In this document: positions 36,415 to 45,696 of the stretch, piece by piece
Layout of the letters: every line of letters starts with the position of its first letter
How positions within the stretch are numbered: position 1 is the first letter of the stretch
Origin: a virus
IMG/VR virus record: IMGVR_UViG_3300043449_001175
Coordinates: 35,139-99,138 of that record
DNA length: 64,000 nt
Reading direction: 5' to 3' (one strand)
The notes under the pieces: model-generated
Told to the model about the DNA's origin: nothing
Databases searched by the model: none
Seen by the model: the letters and a program-made list of their open reading frames with translations, nothing else
Program-made: the position numbers and the translations under genes

Positions 36415-37263
36415 ATGATGAGTTCACTTGACGCAGTACTTTCACAGTACGAAAAAAACACACAGTCTTTCGGAGACTCTAACCGAATGTCCCAAGAGGA
36501 AAGAATGAAAAAGTATTTTGCTTGTATTCTTCCACAAGGGCAATCTCAAGGACAACGTAGAGTACGTATCCTTCCTACACCCGATGGTTCTTCACCTTTT
36601 AAAGAAGTTTGGTACCATGAACTACAAGTGGGTGGTAAATGGCAAAAATTCTATGACCCAGGTAAAAATGACAATGAACGTTCACCTTTGAATGAGGTTT
36701 ACGATGAGTTGATGGCAACTGGCAAAGAGTCAGATAAAGAATTGGCTAAACAATACAAATCCCGTAAATTTTACATCGTAAAGGTTGTTGACCGTGATGC
36801 TGAAGAAGAAGGTGTAAAGTTTTGGCGTTTTAAACACAATTACAAGAATGATGGTATTCTTGACAAAATTATTCCAATTTGGAGACAAAAGGGTGATGTA
36901 ACTGACCCCCAAAAAGGTAGAGACCTTATTGTACAGTTGGTTAAATCTAAAACTCCTGGTGGAAAAGATTACACAACAATCCAAACTATTATGCACGATG
37001 ACCCAGCACCTCTTCACGAGACCGCTAATGTTATGGAAGAGTGGTTGAAAGATGAGTTGACATGGAATGATGTTTACTCTAAGAAACCTGTAGAATATTT
37101 GGAAGCAATCTCTCGTGGTGAAGAACCTCGTTGGGATAGTGAAACAGGTAAATACTTGTACGGTGATTCAGGAGATATGATGATGGGTGGTTCTAAACCA
37201 AAAACATCGGTTCCTACTGACCCACAATTATTTGACGAACCTGCTGAGGACTTACCGTTCTAA
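36415..37263 (+). CDS. Single-stranded DNA-binding protein (T4 gp32-like)
   Basis: RVRILP, WYH, DVTDPQKGRDL and acidic C-terminal tail DEPAEDLPF. Precedes recA. Confidence 0.8.
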   Translation: MMSSLDAVLSQYEKNTQSFGDSNRMSQEERMKKYFACILPQGQSQGQRRVRILPTPDGSSPFKEVWYHELQVGGKWQKFYDPGKNDNERSPLNEVYDELMATGKESDKELAKQYKSRKFYIVKVVDRDAEEEGVKFWRFKHNYKNDGILDKIIPIWRQKGDVTDPQKGRDLIVQLVKSKTPGGKDYTTIQTIMHDDPAPLHETANVMEEWLKDELTWNDVYSKKPVEYLEAISRGEEPRWDSETGKYLYGDSGDMMMGGSKPKTSVPTDPQLFDEPAEDLPF

Positions 37264-37274
37264 TAAAACAAAAC

Positions 37275-37310
37275 ATCGTGTATGGTATCTTGTTTGGTAC
37301 CATACACGAT
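37275..37310 (+). other. Long intergenic hairpin (13-bp perfect stem, 15 bp counting G-U) between ssb and recA
   Basis: ATCGTGTATGGTA...TACCATACACGAT. Confidence 0.8.
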
Positions 37311-37325
37311 TAATTTATAACACAC

Positions 37326-38336
37326 ATGGCAATCAAGAAAAACGATTTTAATTCAGTAAAGAAGAAATTCTCAACTTCGGCGAAGTATAAACCACAAAGA
37401 TACTTTGACTTGGGTAAAGATTTCTTGGATGCTGTAGGACTACCAGGACCCGCCATAGGACACTTAAACATGTTCTTGGGTCACTCTGATACAGGTAAGA
37501 CAACGGGTCTTGTAAAAGCGGCCGTATCAGCTCAGAAACAAAATATTCTTCCCGTGTTCATAATCACCGAACAGAAGTGGAGTTTTGAACACGCAAGACT
37601 TATGGGTTTTGATTGTGAAGAAGTAGTTGACCCCGAAACAGGGGAGTTGGATTGGGATGGATTTTTCATCTTCAACAACAACTTCTCTTACATTGAACAA
37701 ATTACAGATTATATTAATAGTTTGTTGGACGCTCAAGAAAAAGGTGAATTGGAATATGATTTATTGTTCCTTTGGGATTCAGTAGGTTCGGTTCCTTGTA
37801 AGATGACTTACGAGGGTAAAGGTGGTAAACAACACAACGCTGCGGTTCTTGCCGACAAGATTGGAATGGGTATTAACCAACGTATTTCAGGTTCTCGTAA
37901 ATCTGATTCAAAATATGAAAACACATTGGTTATTGTTAATCAGCCTTGGGTTGAACTTCCTGACAATCCATTTGGACAACCAAAGATTAAAGCAAAAGGT
38001 GGTGAAGCAATTTGGTTAAACTCATCTTTGGTATTCTTATTCGGTAATCAGAAAGGTGCGGGAACAAACAAAATTTCAGCAACCAAAGACAAACGAACTG
38101 TTAAGTTTGCAATTCGTACAAAAGTTTCTGTTATGAAAAACCACATCAATGGTTTGGGATATGAGGATGGAAAAATCATCGTAACACCACACGGATTCTT
38201 GGCAGGAAAAGACGCGGCTGAAGAAAAAATATCTATTGAACAATACAAGAAAGAAAACGCTGAGTATTGGAAAGAGATTATTGGGGCTGATGGAGATTTC
38301 AGCTTGTTTGAGGAAAAAGAAAGTGAAACAGTATAA
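37326..38336 (+). CDS. recA: RecA/UvsX-like recombinase
   Basis: Walker A GHSDTGKT, Walker B LFLWDSVG, IVNQ, KGGEA and KNH. Confidence 0.85.
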   Translation: MAIKKNDFNSVKKKFSTSAKYKPQRYFDLGKDFLDAVGLPGPAIGHLNMFLGHSDTGKTTGLVKAAVSAQKQNILPVFIITEQKWSFEHARLMGFDCEEVVDPETGELDWDGFFIFNNNFSYIEQITDYINSLLDAQEKGELEYDLLFLWDSVGSVPCKMTYEGKGGKQHNAAVLADKIGMGINQRISGSRKSDSKYENTLVIVNQPWVELPDNPFGQPKIKAKGGEAIWLNSSLVFLFGNQKGAGTNKISATKDKRTVKFAIRTKVSVMKNHINGLGYEDGKIIVTPHGFLAGKDAAEEKISIEQYKKENAEYWKEIIGADGDFSLFEEKESETV

Positions 38337-38346
38337 ACAATAAATT

Positions 38347-39357
38347 GTGAAGACACTCTTAGTAGATGGTGATAACCTATTCAAAATCGGATTTCACGGG
38401 GTCAGAGACCTCTTCGTGGAAGGAAACCATATCGGGGGTGTCTTTCATTTTATTAATACCCTCAGAAAACAAATTGATGAACACAACTACGACAAAATTA
38501 TTGTCTTTTGGGACGGTGACGACAACTCTGCCGTTAGACGTAAATTATATCCTAACTACAAGTTAAACCGTAGACAGAGTATGAACGAGTTTAAACTTGA
38601 GTCATACCATATCCAAAAAGAAAGAGTAAAAGAATACCTTGAAGAATGTTTCGTTCGTCAGGTAAGAGCAACTGAATGTGAGGCTGATGATTTAATAGCC
38701 TACTATTGTCAGATTGCTAATGAAGAATCAAAAACAATATTATCGGCAGATAAAGATTACTTTCAATTGATTGATGGACACACATCAATTTATTCACCAA
38801 TTTCCAAAGTAACGTTTAAAAATGGTGATAAAGTTAAATTTGGTGATACAGAATTTCCACACTATAACGTATTAACCCTTAAGATATTAACTGGTGATAA
38901 ATCAGATAACATCAGTGGTATATTAAGGTTGGGTGAAAAGACCATTGTAAAATACTTTCCTGAGATACTTGATTCTATGGTAACTTTTGACCATATTTTA
39001 ACAAAGGCTGAAGAACTTTTAGAACAAGATAAGAAAAACACAACTTTAAAAAATATTGTAAGTGGAAAAACAAAAGACGGAGAATTCGGAGAATCATTCT
39101 ACCAAACAAACAAAAAAATCGTGGATTTACAAAATCCGCTTATTTCTGATGAAGGTAGGTTACTTGTTGAACAATATTATGCCGACACTTTAGACCCTGA
39201 AGGTAGGGGTTACAAAAATCTAATTCGTATGATGACAGAAGATGGATTCTTCAAATATCTCGGTAAGAGTGATGATGAATTCATAAAATTTATACGACCT
39301 TTGATGAAATTGACAAGAAAAGAAAAAAGACAACACAAACAACAAATAGAAAAATAA
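38347..39357 (+). CDS. 5'-3' exonuclease/flap endonuclease (T4 RNase H/PolI 5' nuclease-like)
   Basis: LLVDGDN, YKLNR, EADDLIAY, SADKDYFQL and GDKSDNISGI. GTG start. Confidence 0.9.
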   Translation: MKTLLVDGDNLFKIGFHGVRDLFVEGNHIGGVFHFINTLRKQIDEHNYDKIIVFWDGDDNSAVRRKLYPNYKLNRRQSMNEFKLESYHIQKERVKEYLEECFVRQVRATECEADDLIAYYCQIANEESKTILSADKDYFQLIDGHTSIYSPISKVTFKNGDKVKFGDTEFPHYNVLTLKILTGDKSDNISGILRLGEKTIVKYFPEILDSMVTFDHILTKAEELLEQDKKNTTLKNIVSGKTKDGEFGESFYQTNKKIVDLQNPLISDEGRLLVEQYYADTLDPEGRGYKNLIRMMTEDGFFKYLGKSDDEFIKFIRPLMKLTRKEKRQHKQQIEK

Positions 39358-39365
39358 AAAAAATT

Positions 39366-39815
39366 ATGAAAGAAACAGATGTAATTAAAATGGAGTTCTT
39401 GATTACCTTGAACAACAACATCGTAATCCAACGTTACTTTAACGTAAGAGATTACAATCCACAAGCTCGCAGTTCTATGGAATTGTATCAGTATTTAAAG
39501 AACTTTGTTGACGGGTTTGAATACGGACAAAAGATGCGTTCGGTTGTTTACCTTTTAGAAAACAAAGATGAAATTTTGGAGAATCCAAGTATCTTGCAAA
39601 CGTCAAATACAGAGGGTTCAGAAACATTTAACTTTTTAATAAAGGTAGGAGAACAGACAATTTGTCATAGAATTTTGGACGCTAAATTGTTCCCACCTAA
39701 AATAAGATACACCGTAGACATACGCCAGCAAGTAAAAAGTGTATTGAAGGACTTAACTGACATTTTTTCAGACGAAAAATTTGTTACTAGTTACATGACT
39801 TATAGCTTAATCTAA
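39366..39815 (+). CDS. Hypothetical protein in the replication operon
   Basis: 149-aa ORF tightly packed between the exonuclease and the helicase. Confidence 0.7.
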   Translation: MKETDVIKMEFLITLNNNIVIQRYFNVRDYNPQARSSMELYQYLKNFVDGFEYGQKMRSVVYLLENKDEILENPSILQTSNTEGSETFNFLIKVGEQTICHRILDAKLFPPKIRYTVDIRQQVKSVLKDLTDIFSDEKFVTSYMTYSLI

Positions 39816-39850
39816 TAGTATTTATCAAAACTAACAAGGAAATTTTAATT

Positions 39851-41236
39851 ATGTCAAACAAGAATTTTGAGTATCTAGGTAACACGTTTCAACTACAATT
39901 ATTAAATCAGATTATCTTAGATAAGGACTTCTCACATTCTATCATTGATGTAATTGAACCCTCACACTTTGAAAACAAATATTTCAAAACACTTCTCCAA
40001 TTGGTGAAAGAGTACTATGTAAAATACGATTGTACTCCATCATACGAAACACTTTCACAAATGGTGAAAAGTGAGTTTCCACAAGAGTTGATGTTGAAAA
40101 TTCTAAACGACACTATCAAACAGATACAAACTGCTTCTACAGAGGGGGCAACATTTGTACAAGAAAAATCATTGAAGTTTTGTAAACAACAAGAACTTCA
40201 AAAGGCTATCACCAAATCACAGAAAATACTTGATAGTGGAGAATTTGAAAACTATGACAAACTTGAAGAACTCGTAAGAAGTGCTCTTCAAGTAGGAGAA
40301 AATGGAAACAAGATTGAAGATGTTTTCCAAAACTTGGAAGATGTTTTGAACGAAGATTTCCGTCATCCAATTCCAATGGGAATTACAGGTATTGACAAGT
40401 TATTAAAAGGTGGATTGGCAAAGGGTGAATTGGGTGTAATCTTGGCACCAACTGGTGTGGGAAAAACTACAGTCCTTTCAAAAATTGCTAACTCAGCATT
40501 TAATAATGGTTACAATGTTCTTCAGTTATTCTTTGAGGACAATCCAAAAGTAATCCAACGTAAACACTTCACAATGTGGACAGGTATACCACCTGATGAA
40601 CTCCCATTACACCGTGAAGAAGTTCTTGAAAAAGCACGTCAGGTTAAAGAAGAAATGACCAACAAATTGTTCTTGAAAAAATTACCTTCAGACCAATTTA
40701 CTATGACACAAATTAAGAACATGATTAGAAAGATGGTTGCTGATGGACACAAGATTGATATGATTGTTTTAGATTATATTGATTGTATTGTACCTGACAG
40801 AAATATGGGTGATGAGTGGAAAAGTGAGGGTTCCGTTATGAGAGGTTACGAAGCTATGTGTCATGAACTTGGCGTAGTGGGATGGACCGCAACACAGGGT
40901 AACAGAAGCTCTATATCTTCTGAGGTTGTTACTACCGACCAAATGGGTGGTTCTATTAAAAAGGCACAAGTTGGACACGTTATCATTTCCGTGGCTAAAA
41001 CTTTACAACAAAAAGAAATGAATTTGGCAACCATCGCAATTACCAAGTCTCGTGTGGGTAAAGATGGGGTTATCTTTGAAAACTGTAAGTTCAACAACGA
41101 ATTGTTGGAGATTGATACTGAAAGTTCTGTTACCTTCTTAGGATTTGAAGAAAAGAAAGAAGAAAAGAACAGAGATAGAATCAAAGAACTTATGGAGAAA
41201 AGAAAAGAACGAGCACAACCAAATAACTTTAATTAA
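39851..41236 (+). CDS. dnaB: Replicative DnaB-like helicase (T4 gp41-like)
   Basis: APTGVGKT, IVLDYID, WTATQGNR and KSR motifs. Confidence 0.9.
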   Translation: MSNKNFEYLGNTFQLQLLNQIILDKDFSHSIIDVIEPSHFENKYFKTLLQLVKEYYVKYDCTPSYETLSQMVKSEFPQELMLKILNDTIKQIQTASTEGATFVQEKSLKFCKQQELQKAITKSQKILDSGEFENYDKLEELVRSALQVGENGNKIEDVFQNLEDVLNEDFRHPIPMGITGIDKLLKGGLAKGELGVILAPTGVGKTTVLSKIANSAFNNGYNVLQLFFEDNPKVIQRKHFTMWTGIPPDELPLHREEVLEKARQVKEEMTNKLFLKKLPSDQFTMTQIKNMIRKMVADGHKIDMIVLDYIDCIVPDRNMGDEWKSEGSVMRGYEAMCHELGVVGWTATQGNRSSISSEVVTTDQMGGSIKKAQVGHVIISVAKTLQQKEMNLATIAITKSRVGKDGVIFENCKFNNELLEIDTESSVTFLGFEEKKEEKNRDRIKELMEKRKERAQPNNFN

Positions 41237-41262
41237 TAAAAAAAAATAGTATTTTAAATAAA

Positions 41263-43122
41263 ATGGACGCATCACAAAAGATTTTGTCGGACCTAACGGT
41301 TCACATGAAGTATTCAAAATTTATTCCTGAGTTGGAAAGAAGAGAGACTTGGGAAGAGCTTGTAACAAGAAACATGAATATGCACATTAAGAAATACCCA
41401 CAAATCGCTGGTGAAATTGTGGATGTATATCAATATGTGTATGATAAAAAAGTATTACCTTCAATGAGGTCAATGCAATTTGGTGGTAAACCAATTGAGA
41501 TTTCTCCAAACAGAATCTACAATTGTGCTTACCTTCCTATTGACCACTTGGACGCATTTTCAGAAACAATGTTCTTGTTGTTAGGTGGAACTGGAGTAGG
41601 TTACTCAGTTCAAAAACATCACGTAGAAAAATTACCTGAGATTAGAAAACCAAACCCAAATAGAACAAGAAGATTCTTGGTTGGTGATTCTATTGAAGGT
41701 TGGGCTGACGCAATTAAAGTATTGATGAAATCTTACTTTGGTGAACATTTGTCAACACCGGATTTTGATTTTTCTGACGTTAGACCAAAAGGTGCACAAC
41801 TTGTAACATCAGGTGGTAAAGCACCAGGTCCTCAACCTTTGAAAGATTGTATTCACAAATTAAAAGGTATGTTGGACGCTAAAGAAGATGGTCAAAAATT
41901 ATCTTCAATAGAAGTTCACGATATGATATGTCACATTGCAGACGCAGTTCTTGCTGGTGGTATTCGCAGAGCAGCTTTGATTTCTTTATTCAGTGCTGAT
42001 GACAACGAGATGATTGCTTGTAAGTCAGGTGCTTGGTGGGAAACAAATCCACAAAGAGGTAGGGCTAATAATTCAGCGGCTTTGGTTAGACACAAAATCA
42101 CAAAAGAATTCTTTATGGATTTGTGGAAACGTGTTGAAGCATCAGGAGCAGGTGAACCTGGTATCTACTTTACAAACGACAAAGATTGGGGAACTAATCC
42201 ATGTTGTGAAATCGCTTTGAGACCAAACCAATTCTGTAACTTGTGTGAGGTAAATGTTTCTGACATTGAATCACAAGAAGATTTGAACAACCGTGTTAAA
42301 GCGGCCGCTTTTATCGGAACACTTCAAGCGGGTTACACTGATTTCCATTATTTGAGAGATGTATGGAAACGTACAACCGAAAAAGAAGCGTTGATTGGTG
42401 TGTCTATGACAGGTATCGGTTCAGGTGTTGTATTAGGTTACAATATGAAAGAAGCTGCTAAACTTGTAAAAGAAGAAAATGCAAGAGTTGCTGAGTTGAT
42501 TGGTGTTAACAAGTCTGCTCGTACAACTACTGTAAAACCTGCAGGGACTACATCTTTGACATTGGGAACATCTTCAGGTATCCACGCATGGCACAACGAT
42601 TATTACATCCGTAGAGTCCGTGTAGGTAAGAACGAAGCAATCTACCAATACTTGGCAATGTATCACCCTGAGTTGGTTGAAGATGAGTTCTTCCGTCCAC
42701 ACGACACAGCGGTTATTTCTGTTCCGCAAAAAGCACCTATTGGAGCAATCTTAAGAACAGAATCACCATTCCAATTGTTGGACCGTGTTAAGAAAATCAC
42801 ACAAGAGTGGGTTAGACCTGGACACAGAACAGGTTCAAATACTCACAACGTATCTGCAACAATCAGTTTAAAACCTGAAGATTGGGAATTGGCTGGTGAG
42901 TGGATGTGGGAAAACAGAGACTTTTACAATGGTCTATCAGTATTACCTTATGATGGTGGAAGTTATATTCAAGCACCATTTGAGGATTGTACTGAAGAAG
43001 AATATGAAAGATTATTCTCTAAATTACAGTCAATTGACCTATCAAGAGTTGTTGAATTACAAGACAACACAGATTTGAGTGGTGAGTTGGCATGTGCTGG
43101 TGGAGCTTGTGAAATTAAATAA
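41263..43122 (+). CDS. nrdJ: Class II (adenosylcobalamin-dependent) ribonucleotide reductase, monomeric RTPR type
   Basis: RRETWEE, PSMR, YNC, GGIRRAA, TNPCCEI, TVKPAGT and C-terminal CAGGACEI redox cysteine pair. No beta subunit nearby. Confidence 0.9.
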   Translation: MDASQKILSDLTVHMKYSKFIPELERRETWEELVTRNMNMHIKKYPQIAGEIVDVYQYVYDKKVLPSMRSMQFGGKPIEISPNRIYNCAYLPIDHLDAFSETMFLLLGGTGVGYSVQKHHVEKLPEIRKPNPNRTRRFLVGDSIEGWADAIKVLMKSYFGEHLSTPDFDFSDVRPKGAQLVTSGGKAPGPQPLKDCIHKLKGMLDAKEDGQKLSSIEVHDMICHIADAVLAGGIRRAALISLFSADDNEMIACKSGAWWETNPQRGRANNSAALVRHKITKEFFMDLWKRVEASGAGEPGIYFTNDKDWGTNPCCEIALRPNQFCNLCEVNVSDIESQEDLNNRVKAAAFIGTLQAGYTDFHYLRDVWKRTTEKEALIGVSMTGIGSGVVLGYNMKEAAKLVKEENARVAELIGVNKSARTTTVKPAGTTSLTLGTSSGIHAWHNDYYIRRVRVGKNEAIYQYLAMYHPELVEDEFFRPHDTAVISVPQKAPIGAILRTESPFQLLDRVKKITQEWVRPGHRTGSNTHNVSATISLKPEDWELAGEWMWENRDFYNGLSVLPYDGGSYIQAPFEDCTEEEYERLFSKLQSIDLSRVVELQDNTDLSGELACAGGACEIK

Positions 43123-43321
43123 GAAAGATATAAAAACATCTAATGAGGGGGAAAGTGAACAACTTTCCCCTTCTTCTTTTTATATTGAAAATGGAAAATA
43201 TGTCTTCACAAAAGAATTTCATTTAAGTCGTGGTTACTGTTGTGGAAATGGTTGTCGTCATTGTCCATATTTTCCTGCTCACAAAAAAGGGAATACAACT
43301 ATATTTATTGACAATGGCTGA
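43109..43321 (+). CDS. Small Cys-rich protein (DUF5522-like)
   Basis: FYIENGKYVFT...HLSRGYCCGNGCRHCPY. Start uncertain (GTG 43109). Confidence 0.65.
   Translation: MKLNKKDIKTSNEGESEQLSPSSFYIENGKYVFTKEFHLSRGYCCGNGCRHCPYFPAHKKGNTTIFIDNG
43145..43180 (+). terminator. Hairpin with T-rich tail downstream of nrdJ (inside the DUF5522-like ORF)
   Basis: GAGGGGGAAAGT-GAACA-ACTTTCCCCTTC followed by TTCTTTTT. Confidence 0.6.
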
Positions 43322-43775
43322 TGGTAAAACATATGGATTAACGTTTCCCTTTGTAGAATCGTATAATGGTAAGTATTTGGACCTTTCAGATTACCCTGCT
43401 GAAGAAATCAGGAGTAATTTGATTCACTTGTTATTAACAAGAAAAGGTACTAGATATTTTTTACCTGATTTTGGAACCGCATTATTGGAATACATTTTTG
43501 AACCATTAGATGGTCCAACATTTAAAAATATTGAATCTGAGATTAGAGATTCTGTTGAAAAATTCATGCCTCAGTTACAATTAACAAATATATCTATTAC
43601 GGCACCAACTGGTGAAGCGGCTGGAGCGACAGTAACAACTGCGGGGAATGTTGTTAATCCTGAATTACAAATGACGAATCAAGATGTAACGGAGTATACA
43701 GCCACGGTAAGAGTTGATTATTCTATAACTAATGATGTCTTTAATACAAAAGATTTTATAATACTAAATATTTAA
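43314..43775 (+). CDS. Baseplate wedge protein gp25-like (sheath initiator)
   Basis: GLTFPF and IRSNLIHLLLTRKGTRYFLPDFGT. Start reassigned to ATG 43314 (TATTTAT at 43302, 12-nt spacing). Confidence 0.85.
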   Translation: MADGKTYGLTFPFVESYNGKYLDLSDYPAEEIRSNLIHLLLTRKGTRYFLPDFGTALLEYIFEPLDGPTFKNIESEIRDSVEKFMPQLQLTNISITAPTGEAAGATVTTAGNVVNPELQMTNQDVTEYTATVRVDYSITNDVFNTKDFIILNI

Positions 43776-43780
43776 CATAA

Positions 43781-45622
43781 ATGGCTCAAAGAAGAATATC
43801 ATATACTGTAAGGGATTTCCAAGCAATTCGTCAGGAACTTATTAATTATACAAGAACTTATTATCCTGAATTAATTGATAACTTCAATGATGCATCAGTT
43901 TTTTCTGTATTTTTAGATTTAAACGCAGCCGTAGCCGACAACTTACATTATCATATTGATAGAAGTATTCAAGAAACAGTTCTTCAATATGCACAACAAC
44001 GTTCATCAATTTATAATATAGCAAGAACTTACGGATTAAAAATTCCTGGTCAAAGACCATCTGTAGCCTTGGTTGATTTTTCAATTACCGTACCTGCTTT
44101 TGGTGATAAAGAAGATGAAAGATATTTGGGTACACTAAGAAGAGGTAGTCAAGTTCAAGGTTCAGGTCAGGTATTTGAAACAATTTATGATATAAATTTT
44201 GCATCACCATTTAATGAAGATGGTTTTCCAAATAGATTGAAAATACCAAATTTTGATGCAAACAATAACTTATTAAATTATACTATTACAAAAAGAGAAA
44301 CTGTTGTTAATGGTATTACAAAAGTATTCAAAAGAGTTATAACTCCAAATGATGTTAGACCATTCTTTGAATTTTTCTTACCTGAAAAAAACGTATTAGG
44401 TGTTACATCAATAATTCAAAGAGATGGAACAGCATATTCAAACGTACCTACGGCACAAGAATTTTTAGGTGCTCAAGGTAGATGGTATGAAGTATCGGCT
44501 CTTGCTGAAGATAGAGTTTTTATTGAAGACCCAACAAAACCATCTGATGACCCTGGAATTAAAGTTGGAAGGTATATTCAAACTCAAGATAGATTTATTA
44601 CCGAGTACACACCCGAAGGTTTTATTAAATTAACTTTTGGTGGTGGTACCAATACTGCTGAAGACCAACTTAGAGAGTTTACAGCACTTAACGTACCATT
44701 GAAGATTCAGAGATATCAAAACAACTCAATGTCTTTGGGTAACGCACCACAAGCAAACACAACAATGTTTATTCAATACAGAATTGGTGGTGGTCAAGGT
44801 ACCAACTTGGGGGTTAATGTTATTAATCAAATTGGTTCAGTGGATTTCTTTGTTAATGGTCCATCAGATATTTTAAACAATTCAGTAATTAATTCTTTGG
44901 CGTGTAATAACGTAACGGCAGCCATTGGTGGTGCGGGATATCCTTCAACAGAAGAAGTTAGAAATTATGTAACATTTAACTTTGCAGCTCAAAACAGAGC
45001 GGTAACAATAAATGATTATGAAGCCATAATTAGAAACATGCCAGGTCAGTTTGGTGCTCCTGCTAAAGTTTCAATAACTGAAAATAATAATAAAATCAAT
45101 ATTAATGTTTTGTCTTATGATGCTACAGGTAATTTAACATCTGAAGTTTCACAAACCATGAAGAAAAATTTGGCAGAATATTTGTCAAATTATAGAATGA
45201 TTAATGACTATGTTGCTATTGGAAGTGCTGAAGTTATTGATTTAGGTTTAGACATATCAATAGTGTTGGATGCGGCACAAAATCAGGGTGTTGTTATATC
45301 AAATGTTATTGATAGGGTGACAACATTCTTTAGTCCGACTGTAAGAGGTTTGGGTGAGAACATTGTATTATCTGAATTAAACAGAATTTTACAAGCTGAA
45401 AATGGTGTGTTAAGTGTTACTGATATTTCAGTATTTAATAAAGTTGGTGGTCAATACAGTTCAGCACAAACATCAATGCCATATGAAAACGCCGCAACAA
45501 AGAAAATTTCTTTAGTTGACAATACAATCTTTGCGGAACCAAATCAAATTTACCAAGTTCGTTTTCCTGCAAAAGATATTACGGTAAGAGTTAAAAATTA
45601 CCAAACAACAAACTTCTCTTGA
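43781..45622 (+). CDS. Baseplate wedge protein (T4 gp6/baseplate J-like)
   Basis: RDFQAIRQELI, IARTYG, LTFGGG, YRIGGG and AQNRAVTINDY. Confidence 0.85.
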   Translation: MAQRRISYTVRDFQAIRQELINYTRTYYPELIDNFNDASVFSVFLDLNAAVADNLHYHIDRSIQETVLQYAQQRSSIYNIARTYGLKIPGQRPSVALVDFSITVPAFGDKEDERYLGTLRRGSQVQGSGQVFETIYDINFASPFNEDGFPNRLKIPNFDANNNLLNYTITKRETVVNGITKVFKRVITPNDVRPFFEFFLPEKNVLGVTSIIQRDGTAYSNVPTAQEFLGAQGRWYEVSALAEDRVFIEDPTKPSDDPGIKVGRYIQTQDRFITEYTPEGFIKLTFGGGTNTAEDQLREFTALNVPLKIQRYQNNSMSLGNAPQANTTMFIQYRIGGGQGTNLGVNVINQIGSVDFFVNGPSDILNNSVINSLACNNVTAAIGGAGYPSTEEVRNYVTFNFAAQNRAVTINDYEAIIRNMPGQFGAPAKVSITENNNKININVLSYDATGNLTSEVSQTMKKNLAEYLSNYRMINDYVAIGSAEVIDLGLDISIVLDAAQNQGVVISNVIDRVTTFFSPTVRGLGENIVLSELNRILQAENGVLSVTDISVFNKVGGQYSSAQTSMPYENAATKKISLVDNTIFAEPNQIYQVRFPAKDITVRVKNYQTTNFS

Positions 45623-45696
45623 TAATTTATTTTATTCATTCTTTAACTACTATTATAAAATAGTGTATAAACTATTTATGAAAGAAAGTAAAAGGA

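Noticed and set aside
6610-43122. Inteins, introns or homing endonucleases in polB, helicases, recA or nrdJ
   Set aside because: The proteins are of ordinary length with contiguous motifs. No intein termini or LAGLIDADG/HNH/GIY-YIG motifs seen.
43230-43313. N-terminal extension of the gp25-like ORF given in the ORF track
   Set aside because: It overlaps the DUF5522-like gene. ATG 43314 has the conserved motif at the 12-nt spacing and gives a typical gp25 start.
16117-45622. Bacterial contractile injection system (eCIS/T6SS/tailocin) rather than a phage
   Set aside because: The tail genes are interleaved with neck proteins and a full T4-like replication set, which indicates a phage genome.
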